A DNA stretch of 64,000 nt from Gammaproteobacteria bacterium. GTDB taxonomy: Bacteria; Pseudomonadota; Gammaproteobacteria; Ga0077536. Within the stretch, counting starts at the first letter, position 1. The number at the start of each line of letters is the position of its first letter. The translations under genes were made by a program, and so were the position numbers. Below, piece after piece: positions 10,155 to 19,766 of the stretch. Under the pieces are notes generated by a model, which saw nothing but the letters and a program-made list of their open reading frames with translations, was not told the DNA's origin and made no database searches. The DNA lies in assembly GCA_963662545.2 (NCBI GenBank), contig CAXXLL010000002.1, forward strand, positions 64,001 through 128,000. Direction: 5' to 3'.

Positions 10155-10559
10155 ATGGGACAGCCAGCTGAAGACGAAATGGAGAGAAGCCCCCGCGTTG
10201 CCGCGAAGCACTTGGAGGATGTTGTTCTTCATGGGAAGAGTATGAAGGCCCCAGGCACATATACGAACACCGTGGCAACGGCTTATTACCAGCATTTCAT
10301 GAAATGGCTGAAAGATATGAGAGAGGGACAAAAACAAGCCACGAAGGCGAGCGCGGAGGCGCGCAAGTGCAAGAAGGTCGCTCGGGAGAAGTTATGGCGG
10401 GAAATGACCGAAGTTCAACTGAAAGAACACTTTGAATGGGACACTAAGGACATAGTGAAATATATTCAAAATCAAGGGGACGATAAAAAGTCCCAGACTA
10501 TCGCTCGCATCGTCGCACCACTTGTCAAAAAGCATAGAAAAGACCAATTAAACGCCTAA
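10155..10559 (+). CDS. hypothetical basic protein between integrase and AlpA
   Basis: AAGGAG RBS, 134-aa ORF in a position typical of integrative elements. Confidence 0.55.
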   Translation: MGQPAEDEMERSPRVAAKHLEDVVLHGKSMKAPGTYTNTVATAYYQHFMKWLKDMREGQKQATKASAEARKCKKVAREKLWREMTEVQLKEHFEWDTKDIVKYIQNQGDDKKSQTIARIVAPLVKKHRKDQLNA

Positions 10560-10658
10560 CTTTGCGGTGCTGCCTACGCTGCACCGCAAAAGCACTCCAT
10601 GTCTGCGCCTTCATGTGTTTCTAATGGCAATTCATTAGAAACCAAGAAGGCCATTAAG

Positions 10659-10874
10659 ATGCAAAAAGCAACCAGCAGACTGCCGGAGCCCGGCTACTCC
10701 CGCATTCGTGACATCCTGCACGTTATTCCCGTCAGCCGCAGTCGGTGGTATGCCGCCGTATCCGACGGCCGCATAAAGCCCCCGACAAAACTTGGCGAGC
10801 GCACCGCCGCGTGGCCAAATGAGTACCTTAACGAATTACTCACACGCCTCGAGGCGGGCGAGCGCATTCTCTAG
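10659..10874 (+). CDS. AlpA-family regulator/excisionase
   Basis: RIRDIL.VIPVSRSRWYAAV.DGR..PP.KLGERTAAW matches the AlpA winged-helix pattern. Confidence 0.8.
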   Translation: MQKATSRLPEPGYSRIRDILHVIPVSRSRWYAAVSDGRIKPPTKLGERTAAWPNEYLNELLTRLEAGERIL

Positions 10875-10914
10875 AGTGGCTCCGAATGGAAGCACTAATG
10901 CGCGGAACCGACTG

Positions 10915-11060
10915 GCCCGCGCGCGGCTAAGCAGCCGCCGCTCTTAGTGGTCGCAGCACTGAACGCTATTGAGTGACCGCTTCCGAGGGGATTGCAGACG
11001 TAATTCTAACTTGTGATGCACTACCGCGATTAGGCCGCTGACGACCCATAGGAGATATTC
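10915..11060 (+). repeat. tri-hairpin repeat, copy 1 (first unit degenerate)
   Basis: ..AGCCGCCGCTC..GTGACCGCTTCCGAGGGGATTGCAGACGT..TAGGCCGCTGACGACCCATAGGAGATATTC; about 80% identical to copy 2 over the 74-bp core. Confidence 0.8.
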
Positions 11061-11129
11061 GGAACTGCGCTATCCTCGACGTATTTATTCATTAGAGCCG
11101 ATTATGGGTGCTACAAAAGGAGTGAATTA

Positions 11130-11987
11130 ATGAACCGTTGGCTAATCGCGTGTGTGCTGCTGTGCTCTTGGATCAGCGTCCCGGCTGAGGAAACGAACGA
11201 ACCGGTGCTCGATGCACCCGAGAATGCCTACTGGCACGCCGGTTCGCAGTCCTGGTTCGTCTCCAGCCTAGGCGGTGGCTTGTCGCTTGAGGTGGATGGT
11301 TATGGCTGGGTTTCCCGTTTCGATGCCGCAGGCAAAATCGTTGAACCGCGATGGGTTGAAAACCTCGATGCGCCAACTGGAATGGGGGCAATGGGCGACC
11401 GGCTCTACGTTGCCGACCGCGGGCGCGTGCACGTCATCGACATCCCGTCGGCGCAAGTTGTCGCGACCATCCCGCTCCCCGGCGCGGAGTTTGTCAATGA
11501 TGTCGCCGTGGGTCCTGATGGCGCAGTCTATGTTTCGGATACCGCGACCAACCGGATTTATCGCATCGTCAACGGCGCTGCGTCGATATGGCTCGAATCG
11601 GAAGAACTGCAGAGCCCGAATGGGTTATGGCTGGACGGTGACACCTTGGTGGTCGCCGCGTGGGGACCGATGACTGACATCGAGACGTTCGCGACGAAGC
11701 ATCTGGGCACGCTGTTGCGGGTGGATTTAGACTCGAAGGCCGTGCAGCCGGTCGGAGTGGGAGCGCCTATCGCCAATTTCGATGGCGTGGTCACGGTAGG
11801 CAATTATTACTACGCCACCGATTGGACAGGGGGACGCCTGCTACGAATCGACCGCGAGGGTCGCGTCACCGTCGTTATGTCAGGCTTCAATCAGCTTGCT
11901 GACCTTGGCTATGACCCCGTGCGGGGGATCCTCGGCCTGCCCGTTATGAGTGATAACCGCTTCATCCTGCTGTTCCTTGATCGATGA
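11130..11987 (+). CDS. secreted SMP-30/gluconolactonase-like beta-propeller protein
   Basis: Signal peptide, LDAPEN, APTGM, LYVAD, VNDVAV..DG.VYVSDT, PNGL and FDGV repeats; AAGGAG RBS. Confidence 0.8.
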   Translation: MNRWLIACVLLCSWISVPAEETNEPVLDAPENAYWHAGSQSWFVSSLGGGLSLEVDGYGWVSRFDAAGKIVEPRWVENLDAPTGMGAMGDRLYVADRGRVHVIDIPSAQVVATIPLPGAEFVNDVAVGPDGAVYVSDTATNRIYRIVNGAASIWLESEELQSPNGLWLDGDTLVVAAWGPMTDIETFATKHLGTLLRVDLDSKAVQPVGVGAPIANFDGVVTVGNYYYATDWTGGRLLRIDREGRVTVVMSGFNQLADLGYDPVRGILGLPVMSDNRFILLFLDR

Positions 11988-12049
11988 GGGCAACGTCTGA
12001 AGAAGAGTCAGGACATTCGGAAACACGCAACGGTATTTTGAGTACTCAA

Positions 12050-12360
12050 ACGTTCGCTTTTTGGCCGACTGCCGCCGCCCTCCCTCAGTACTGCTTTGGA
12101 AGCAGCGGGAGGACCGCTTACGAGCGCATTGCAGACGTAATGCTTAGTAGTGCTGCACTGTCGCGATCAGGCCGTTGACGACCTATTCTGTTGAAAAAGT
12201 CCGATTCGCCGTCGGTCGCGACGTGTGCAGAAAAACCGACCGCGTAGGATCGCCTGTAAACGACGATCGGCACTCCGGGAACGGTTTAGCGACCCCCAAA
12301 TATATCGAAATCGCATGCGGTACGACTTTTTCAACACAATAGACCCTTTGCGGTCGCTCG
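12050..12360 (+). repeat. tri-hairpin repeat, copy 2 (interrupted by a MITE)
   Basis: Units start at 12050, 12110 and 12168; the third unit is split at GACC by a MITE. Confidence 0.8.
12184..12341. mobile_element. MITE A, copy 1 (158 bp, IS1182-like ends)
   Basis: TIRs TATTCTGTTGAAAAAGTC / GACTTTTTCAACACAATA, flanking GACC duplication, no transposase. Confidence 0.8.
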
Positions 12361-12504
12361 AAGTAATTCGCGATGGGCGTGGGAATTACCACATCGCCGT
12401 CTCAGTCCTGTCCCTACACTGACTTCCAAGAATCACATGGAACCCCCAATGCGGGCCGCGAAACGACCGTCGAGCGCCCCGGCAATGACTTGAAAGAGAG
12501 GACC

Positions 12505-12618
12505 ATGAGCACATTCAACGACCGGATCTCTGCCGCCACCACCACGCTCACAACGATAGCCCTCATCGCCCTTATAAGCTTCGGGGTAAGCGCGAGTCTG
12601 ACGCCGCTTGTCATCTGA
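12505..12618 (+). CDS. 37-aa single-TM small protein
   Basis: GAGAGGA RBS; MSTFNDRISAATTTLTTIALIALISFGVSASLTPLVI; the only credible ORF between repeat copies 2 and 3. Confidence 0.5.
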   Translation: MSTFNDRISAATTTLTTIALIALISFGVSASLTPLVI

Positions 12619-12676
12619 ACACAAGCTCCGCAACGAATATTTAGGGCCAAGGCAAAAACTTGCCTTGGTCACGTTC

Positions 12677-12985
12677 ACGTCTGCTTCTCGCCGAGAGCCG
12701 CCGCTCATCGCGGTCGCACCGCATAGCGCAACTCGACGACCGCTTATGAGTGTATTGCAGACCTACCGCTTAACAGTGCTGCACTGCCGCGATGAGGCTG
12801 CTACCGACCTATTCTGTTGAAAAAGTCCGATTCGCCGTCGGTCGCGACGTGTGCAGAAAAACCGACCGCGTAGGATCGCCTGTAAGCGACGATCGGCACT
12901 CCGGGAATGGTTTAGCGACCCCCAAATATATCGAAATCGTATGCGGTACGACTTTTTCAACACAATAGACCCTTTGCGGACATTC
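12677..12985 (+). repeat. tri-hairpin repeat, copy 3 (interrupted by a MITE)
   Basis: Units start at 12677, 12736 and 12794; the third unit is split at GACC by a MITE. Confidence 0.8.
12810..12967. mobile_element. MITE A, copy 2
   Basis: Differs from 12184-12341 at 3 positions; same TIRs and GACC duplication. Confidence 0.8.
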
Positions 12986-13027
12986 GCAATAACCGACCGC
13001 GCCTTGAAAACATCACTGCGTCCTGCT

Positions 13028-13240
13028 TTAAAGAAATTGAGCAACACGTTTGATATGCCCATCTGCGCCAAGCTCCTCGAAGAGCCGGTGAGCCTCACGC
13101 ATTTCGTCGTCGGCCGTCCACTCGCAATCGTAAGCCTCGGCGAAGGCCGCGCGGCATTCGTGCAGGAAGGGTTGATAAACGATCGCACCGGTCTCGTTTA
13201 TGATTGCTCCGTTTCGTCGAGCACCTCGCGCGCACCCTTG
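13028..13240 (-). pseudogene. C-terminal remnant of a large helical/TPR protein (resembles tails of adenylate cyclase-AAA proteins)
   Basis: Tail ..EMREAHRLFEELGADGHIKRVAQFL* with no credible start; family assignment is from memory. Confidence 0.35.
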
Positions 13241-13429
13241 TGATCGATGTCTCCGATTCGCACGCGCGCGAGCGCCAACCAGGGTTGCAGCGTCCATTTC
13301 AAGCCGCGCGGGCGGGAAAACGCCACCGCGTCTTCGGCGCACCGCCGCGCCTCACCGCCTTTCCCGCATGCCAGGTTCGCGGTTGCCAGGAACCCGAGCG
13401 CTGCGCCCCGGAACCAGCCACTTGCCCGA

Positions 13430-13790
13430 GTTTCGTCCGCGACGCGCAGGCACTCGCAGATGCCATTTCTAACCTACAGCAAGAAACTCGTCGTCAAGCG
13501 GTGACGATCACGCCAGTTCAACTGGCTGGCAACGAAATCTATGAGATCCTCAAGAAACGCCTCATCGATGAGATGCCTGACGAGCGGGTGCTCTCCGATG
13601 TAGCTCGAGAGTATGTCCAGCAGATCAAAAAAGCCGAAGATGGTGGCTACATCACGGCAACCGGCATTGAGCAAATCGCTGCGCAGGTTCGAGAAACTTA
13701 CCCGTTCCATCCGTCCTTCAAACACCTAGTGGCACTTTTCAAGGAAAGCAAAGGATTTAGGCAGACGGGCGGATTGATGCATCGTAGACG
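13430..13790 (+). pseudogene. internal fragment of a DUF499-type ATPase (anti-phage restriction-like systems)
   Basis: ITPVQLAGNEIYEILKKRL, YPFHP..K.LVALFKE..GFRQT.GLM; lacks N- and C-termini. Confidence 0.65.
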
Positions 13791-13984
13791 CCTTCGTTTC
13801 GATGTCGTCTAAGTATCCGCGCTTTTTGAATTGGCTTGAAGTTCTTGAGTATTGGAAAGAGAGATCTGGTGACCGAGCAGGGGGCAGAAAACAGAAAGAC
13901 AGTAAAAGGACGGAAGAGGTGACGGAGGGAACAATTTTAATCCCGCCGTCGCCCTTAATAATGCCTGCTCGCAGCCTGCTATTT

Positions 13985-14368
13985 TCAGGATGACGGGCTA
14001 TATCGATCTCCATTGATGATGGCGATTTTGCGGACGTTCTCCTGCATCTCAAAGGTTCCGGTAAATCCTTTTTTCAGCACCAGTGCCTGGCCCGGGTAAA
14101 ACTCCTCGAGATTTCCGTGCTCATCGGTAATCAAAATCTTGCCGCTCAGCAGATACATAAATTCATCGTGTGGATAATCTTCGAGCGCGAGCTTTGCCGG
14201 TTCCGCCTGGTAGGCGCCGACGAAGAGTTCATCGTGGGTAAATTGCCAACGTTGATGTTCGGACTTGCCTGACAGCACCACTTCGTCGGGGTAGGGGGCA
14301 AGCTCGTTTAAACCCAGACCGGCCAGTTTTTCCGGGTCCAGTCGGATCAGATTGTTGTTGGTTTTCAT
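13985..14368 (-). CDS. cupin-domain protein (EutQ/DUF861-like)
   Basis: G.YQAEP, YPHDEFMYLLSGKI.ITDE.G...F.PG..LVL.KGF.GTF; AAGGAG RBS. Confidence 0.8.
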   Translation of the reverse strand: MKTNNNLIRLDPEKLAGLGLNELAPYPDEVVLSGKSEHQRWQFTHDELFVGAYQAEPAKLALEDYPHDEFMYLLSGKILITDEHGNLEEFYPGQALVLKKGFTGTFEMQENVRKIAIINGDRYSPSS

Positions 14369-14394
14369 TGTGTTGCTCCTTTCGCCCGTTTCCG

Positions 14395-15027
14395 TTATGA
14401 CGATGCGACTTTGACTGCAAACGTTCGTCCACCCTCATTGGGAAGTCGCTCGATCATGGTTTCCACGATGCGGGTGCCCCGTGCTTTTGAATAACCTTCG
14501 GGATTCAGCAATGCCGCTATGCAGACGCCGTCCAGGACCGCGAACACCAAATCCAGAACATCGTCCGACGACTTGTCGACAAGGATTTCACCGTCATTGA
14601 TCGCGTCATGAAGATAAGACTTCAGCAGTCGGCGATATTCGTTTCTCTTTTTCTTATAGTCCGTTGCCAGTAGCGGATCGCTATTATTGCGAATGCCGAA
14701 ACACATCGACACGAATGCGACACTTTCGGGTCGTTTCTTGTCGGGAATGAGCGCTACGAGCGCGTTTCTAAGTCGCGTCAAGCCCGATGAAACAGCTTCA
14801 TTTGATTGCAGTATCCGGTCATTGGCATGCTGATATGCGAGATTGAATGCATATCTGAGAACGCTGTCTTTATCGCGGAAGTAGTGGGCGAACACACCGG
14901 TGGTGAACCCTACCTCGTCGGCAATATCCCGTAATCGAAGACGCTCGATCCCGACATCCTGTACTGCCGCCCACGTTGCCTGCGCGATCTCCGTTCGTCG
15001 CGCGTCGTGATCTACCAATTTCGGCAT
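14395..15027 (-). CDS. TetR/BetI-like transcriptional regulator
   Basis: MPKLVDHDARR.EI, RDIA.EVGFTTG.FAHYFRDKD HTH. Confidence 0.9.
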   Translation of the reverse strand: MPKLVDHDARRTEIAQATWAAVQDVGIERLRLRDIADEVGFTTGVFAHYFRDKDSVLRYAFNLAYQHANDRILQSNEAVSSGLTRLRNALVALIPDKKRPESVAFVSMCFGIRNNSDPLLATDYKKKRNEYRRLLKSYLHDAINDGEILVDKSSDDVLDLVFAVLDGVCIAALLNPEGYSKARGTRIVETMIERLPNEGGRTFAVKVASS

Positions 15028-15089
15028 ATTTCACTGCTCATCGAAGACAATGTTCGTCGGTATCCAATCTATCGGTTCTTGTTTTATTA

Positions 15090-15101
15090 TAATCATGATT
15101 A
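15090..15101. promoter_or_regulatory. candidate TetR operator
   Basis: Perfect palindrome TAATCATGATTA in the AT-rich divergent intergenic region upstream of the TetR gene. Confidence 0.45.
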
Positions 15102-15113
15102 CATAATAAAAGA

Positions 15114-16498
15114 GGGTCTACGCGGAAACGTGTGGGTTGATATTGGCATTTCTGGGTAGTGGCGGAAGAAATGCCGCAATGATTTTCAGTTTGAGGAATT
15201 CCTCATCACGATAGCCATAGGCGCGTCGTTGCAGGACCCGGATTTTGTTGTTGACCCCTTCGACCAATCCAAGACTGACTTTATTCTTAGCATCACAATA
15301 GGAAGCAATGCCATCCCAATGGGATTCAATCAGCTCAGCAAACTTGCGATACGGCGCCAATCGCTGCCATTTCAGACTGTCCTTCCAGCGCTCGAAAAAG
15401 GCACGCGCGCCGCGCTCGGTACGGTAGTCCCAGAGTTGGCCGAAGGTTTCCTTGAGGACGTAGGCGGTGTTCAGACGCCGGTTGGCCTGGAGCAGTTTTT
15501 TCAGGGCTCGTCTGCCATCCAGATTCAGGTTCTCGCGTCGCGAGAGCAAGGTATATCGCTGGCCTTTGATGTAACTCCTGTCCTTGCCGCGGAGACGTTT
15601 GTATTCACGGCGCCGGACTTCATCGAGAGCCTTTGAGAGGTGGCGCATGATATGGAACTTGTCATAGATGATCCGCGCCTGCGGTGCGTTGTTCATGACC
15701 GAGTTACGGAACGGCTTCCACATGTCCATCGCCGCCAGTTCGATGCGAGCGCTCTTGTTCTCGCCCAATGCCTGGAAAAACAGGTCGATGTCAGCCTCTT
15801 TGCGACCTTCACCACCGACCCAGATAGGACGCCCCCGATCCAGGTCACTGACGATGACCCGGTAGTTATGTCCTTTGCGGATGGAGATCTCATCAATACC
15901 GATGGCCCGGGGTGCTGGCATGCCCGCCAGCTCAACCTGCTTTTGCATGTACAGCTTATCGAGGTCTTTCACCGTGCTGTGGTGCAGGCGTTCCCTCTCG
16001 GCGACAGCCTGGTTCGGCATGTCCCGGCACAGCTTGCCCACCTGCATGGCAAAGCGCTGCGTATAGCGAGGGTTCTTTGCCAGCCAGTCAAGATGTTCTA
16101 CCTGCACGCCGCCGCACCTCCGGCAACTGACACGCCAGCGTTCGAACTCCAGGTAGATTCGCCATCCGGCAACTGACAGGTCTCGTACTCGCAGCACCTT
16201 CTTGTCGTAACGCCCGCGGCACCGGTGAGCACAGTGAGAACAGATCGCTGTTTTTTTCGCCTCTTGAGTTGGATCACACGGGCATACCGATCACCAAACA
16301 TGCCCACCAATTTCGATGCGGCGGTAAAACCAGGGAACGCAAACAGCGCTCGGATCGACTTGGGATTCTTCATGGCCTTAGCCTACCCACAAAATGAAAC
16401 CACTTTCACCCCATACGAAATCTCTGAATGTCTACATGATTTCAATGGTTTACACTTGGTCTAATTCAGAATTTACCCACATGAATCCGCGTAGACCC
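15114..16498 (-). mobile_element. ISL3-family insertion sequence
   Basis: IRs GGGTCTACGCGGA..GTGGG / CCCAC..TCCGCGTAGACCC; 8-bp TSD ATAAAAGA at 15106-15113 and 16499-16506. Confidence 0.92.
15118..16373 (-). CDS. ISL3 transposase split over two frames (probable -1 frameshift at an A7 run, 16251-16257)
   Basis: GIDE, MDMWKPF, DKFH and EGVNNKI motifs. A -1 shift joins ORF 16098-16373 to a CxxC zinc finger (TAICSHC) in the downstream frame. Confidence 0.85.
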
Positions 16499-16575
16499 AT
16501 AAAAGAAAAGATGATGTCGACACGATGAGCTTCATCGTCGAGGTCAAAACTCATGAAACGCGAGCCGCCCACTAG

Positions 16576-17874
16576 ATGACTATGAAAACAACGCCGCTGT
16601 GGTGGGAAGACAGCCTGCCGGTGCCGCTGGCCGACACCGAGCTGCCACAGCGCGTCGATGTCGCGGTGATCGGTGGCGGGTTCGCCGGCCTCAGTGCCGC
16701 GCTTGAACTGCAGCGGGCCGGAACACAGGTCGCCCTGATCGACAAACAATGGCCCGGCTATGGCGCATGCTCCAGAAACATGGGATTGGTAGTTGAGCGC
16801 GTCGATGGCAAAACGACCGGAGAACTGGACGCTGACCTACATGGTGTGCCGCGACACGAGTTGATTGCCGAAGGACAGCGCGCTTACGATTTTGTGCTGC
16901 ACCTCATAGACCGTGAACAAATCAGCTGCGGGTTAAGAGATCGCGGCAAGCTCGTACTGGCGACCACAAAATCTGCCTATGACAAGATGGCCCGGTATCT
17001 CGATCGTCACGAGAAAGTTTTTGGTGCCAACGACGCCTACATGATCCCCAGGGCCGACTTGCAAAAAGAAATTGGCGGCGAAGCGAGTCGCTATTATTAC
17101 GGCGGCAAGGTTCTCCCGAATCATCACGATCTGAATCCGGGTCAACTGACAGCCGGACTCGTTCAGGCGTTAACGAACACGGGCGCTTCCATCTGCACTG
17201 CCACTGAGTGTCTCGCGATGGAACGTCTACCGGATCATAAATTCCGGCTTAAGACCAACAAGGGCGAGACGGTCGCGGAACAAGTCGTTGTCACGACGCA
17301 GGGCTATTCCGGTGTTGGATCCGGCTCTCTGCGCCGTCAGATTTTTCCTTTTTTGGCTCACGTCGTTGCAACTGAACCACTCGACGCGGACCTGCTGAAT
17401 GAGTTGCTTCCGACCTTGCGTGGTGTTGTCGACACTAGACAGATGTTCTACAACTTCAGGCCTTGTGATCGAGAACAGCGGTTGCTGCTTGCTTCCAATT
17501 ACCTGCGAACGGATAGCGACGACGCTCAGGCGAGGAGAATACTTAAATCCTACAAGCGGCTGTTTCCACAACTGGAACACATCGATGCTGAGTATTGCTG
17601 GCACGGCAACCTCGCATTAACGGCTGATAGTCTCCCGCATATCGGTGCCGATAACGGCATCCATTATTGCGCGACGGGCAGCTTTTCGATGGCGCTTTAT
17701 CTGGGTTCCAAAATCGCGGATAGAATTCTTAATTATGATGATGCGCAAAGCGTACTCGACCGTATTCCACTACCCAATTTCCCTCTTTATAACGGCAACC
17801 CTGGATTGCTCTACGTCCTGTTGAGGCTCGTTTTCAACACCCTTGATGTCGCGAAGGTCGCCGCGCCGAAATAG
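16576..17874 (+). CDS. FAD-dependent amine/amino-acid oxidoreductase (DadA/PuuB-like)
   Basis: DVAVIGGGFAGLSAA, GACSRN.G, LNPG.L..GL, ATEPL and W.G...T.D.LPHIG motifs. Confidence 0.85.
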   Translation: MTMKTTPLWWEDSLPVPLADTELPQRVDVAVIGGGFAGLSAALELQRAGTQVALIDKQWPGYGACSRNMGLVVERVDGKTTGELDADLHGVPRHELIAEGQRAYDFVLHLIDREQISCGLRDRGKLVLATTKSAYDKMARYLDRHEKVFGANDAYMIPRADLQKEIGGEASRYYYGGKVLPNHHDLNPGQLTAGLVQALTNTGASICTATECLAMERLPDHKFRLKTNKGETVAEQVVVTTQGYSGVGSGSLRRQIFPFLAHVVATEPLDADLLNELLPTLRGVVDTRQMFYNFRPCDREQRLLLASNYLRTDSDDAQARRILKSYKRLFPQLEHIDAEYCWHGNLALTADSLPHIGADNGIHYCATGSFSMALYLGSKIADRILNYDDAQSVLDRIPLPNFPLYNGNPGLLYVLLRLVFNTLDVAKVAAPK

Positions 17875-17918
17875 CGGAAACTTCTCGCTGTTATTTAACT
17901 TTCCGGGAGCACGCTTGA

Positions 17919-19766
17919 ATGTTGTTACCACCCTATGACCCCCGTTTGATCATTGATCCATTAAGCGACGAGGAAATCGCAGGCGTCCCGGGCGCTGTTG
18001 ATCGCGGCCGCGAGGACATCGACCCGGTGGTGTTCTCGGTCGTTTACGCCCGGCTCGACGGCATCTTGAGCGAGATGACCGAGACTATCCTTACCACCGC
18101 GCGCAATCCCATCCTCTACGGCGCCAAGGATTTCACCTGCACGGTGATGAGTCCGCGCGCCGAGGTGCTATCCATGCACGACTGCCTTCCGATTCATGTC
18201 GGTACCATGGACCCTCCCCTTCGATTCCTCATCCGGGTGTTCGGCGAGGACATCCGCGAAGGCGATGTGTTCGTGAACAATGCTGCTTATGCGGGCAATG
18301 CACACGTCGGTGACTGGACCATGTTCGCACCTATTTTTCACGACGGCACGTTGGTGGCGTGGGCGGCCAACAAATGTCATTTGATTGATCTCGGGGCGCA
18401 CATACCGGGCAGTGTCGACGCCAGTGCCAGGGATGTTTACGAGGAAGCCATGCATTTCCCCGGCGTGCGCGTGTGCCGGGACCACAAGCCAATTGAGGAT
18501 CTGGTGCGATTTCTTGGCTACAACATTCGCTACCCGCAACACTGGTACGGTGATTTTCTGGCGCAGCTCGGCTCGTTGTGGACGGCGGAGAAGCGCATCA
18601 AGAGTCTCTGTGATCGCTTTGGCATCGATGTGGTGAAAGGCTGTTTTTCCGAAGCACTCAACTATGGCGAGCGCCGCATGATCGATGTAATCGGGAAGCT
18701 CCCTGTGGCCGATATCGAGGTCAGCATGATCGGGGAGATCTTCGAGGGGTTCTTTCCCGAAGGGGTCCCGCTCAAGCTCAAACTCAAGGTGATGCCTGAC
18801 GAAGGACGTATCGAGTTCGACTACACCGAGATGCCGGATCAACAGGCGTTCGGCTACAACCTGACCTATGCCACCGCGCGTTGTTCAGCGCTGCAGGGCA
18901 CGTTGCCGGTGCTCGACCCTGACATACCGACTAACGACGGTGCCTTGAAACGCATCAACGTGAAGCAACGCGAAGGGGCGCTCGCCGGGATCCCGCGCTG
19001 GCCGGTCGGTACGTCGCTGGCGACGATTGCGCTCTGTGACGAAGTCACCAATCTTGTGCTCAAGGCGTGGTCGCAGATCTTGCCGGAGCGAGCTATGGCC
19101 GGGATGGGTGAGTACTGCGCGGCGAACTTCATTGGTTCGGGGCGCAGCGCCGCGGGAGAGGATTACGCACACGCCTTTTATCTCGCCGCGAGCGGTGGCG
19201 GTGCGACCGGAAATCACGATGGTCTGCCCCACATGTTCGGCGCGTGCATCATGGGCAACATGGGCTACGAGTCGATCGAACAGCTGGAAATGGCGCGACC
19301 GTTCTACGTGCGAGAAGTCAGCGCGATCGCGGATTCCGGCGGCGTCGGCAAGTTCCGTGGTGCGGTCGGTGTACGTCAGCAGATCCAGCCGCGCGATCAC
19401 GTGATGAACATTAACTACGGTGGCTCGGGTCATACCTGTCCTGCGTTTGGCATCGGCAACGGGTCGCCCGGAGCGCTCGCCGATCACTGGGTGGAAGACG
19501 CGCTGAGCGGCGAGACGCTTACCGCACTCAGAAATTCAGGCAGCACCAATATTGAAGCCTCTGAGGTGTGGGTTGCCGACACCGGCGGCGGCGGAGGGCA
19601 CGGCGATCCGAGATCGCGCGATCCGCAAGCGGTGCTGGACGATGTGTGTGACGGTTTCGTCACGCTTGAAGCGGCAGAGCGTATTTACGGCGTGGTGCTG
19701 GTACCTGCTGACAACGGCTATCAGCTTGACGAAGCGGCGACCAAAACGCTGCGAGGTTCAGACTGA
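17919..19766 (+). CDS. hydantoinase B/oxoprolinase-family subunit
   Basis: EM....ARNPI..AKDF.C, EGDVF.NN..Y.G..H..D, HLIDLG, DSGG.GKFRG and TGGGGGHGDP.SR motifs. Confidence 0.9.
   Translation: MLLPPYDPRLIIDPLSDEEIAGVPGAVDRGREDIDPVVFSVVYARLDGILSEMTETILTTARNPILYGAKDFTCTVMSPRAEVLSMHDCLPIHVGTMDPPLRFLIRVFGEDIREGDVFVNNAAYAGNAHVGDWTMFAPIFHDGTLVAWAANKCHLIDLGAHIPGSVDASARDVYEEAMHFPGVRVCRDHKPIEDLVRFLGYNIRYPQHWYGDFLAQLGSLWTAEKRIKSLCDRFGIDVVKGCFSEALNYGERRMIDVIGKLPVADIEVSMIGEIFEGFFPEGVPLKLKLKVMPDEGRIEFDYTEMPDQQAFGYNLTYATARCSALQGTLPVLDPDIPTNDGALKRINVKQREGALAGIPRWPVGTSLATIALCDEVTNLVLKAWSQILPERAMAGMGEYCAANFIGSGRSAAGEDYAHAFYLAASGGGATGNHDGLPHMFGACIMGNMGYESIEQLEMARPFYVREVSAIADSGGVGKFRGAVGVRQQIQPRDHVMNINYGGSGHTCPAFGIGNGSPGALADHWVEDALSGETLTALRNSGSTNIEASEVWVADTGGGGGHGDPRSRDPQAVLDDVCDGFVTLEAAERIYGVVLVPADNGYQLDEAATKTLRGSD

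Noticed and set aside
10915-12985. CRISPR array or integron attC array interpretation of the periodic repeats
   Set aside because: Units are too divergent for CRISPR repeats, the spacers are conserved between copies rather than unique, and there are no cas genes. No RYYYAAC/GTTRRRY ends and no IntI-type integrase.
12183-13243. Paired ORFs starting MQKNRPRRIACK
   Set aside because: Translations of the duplicated non-coding MITE A.
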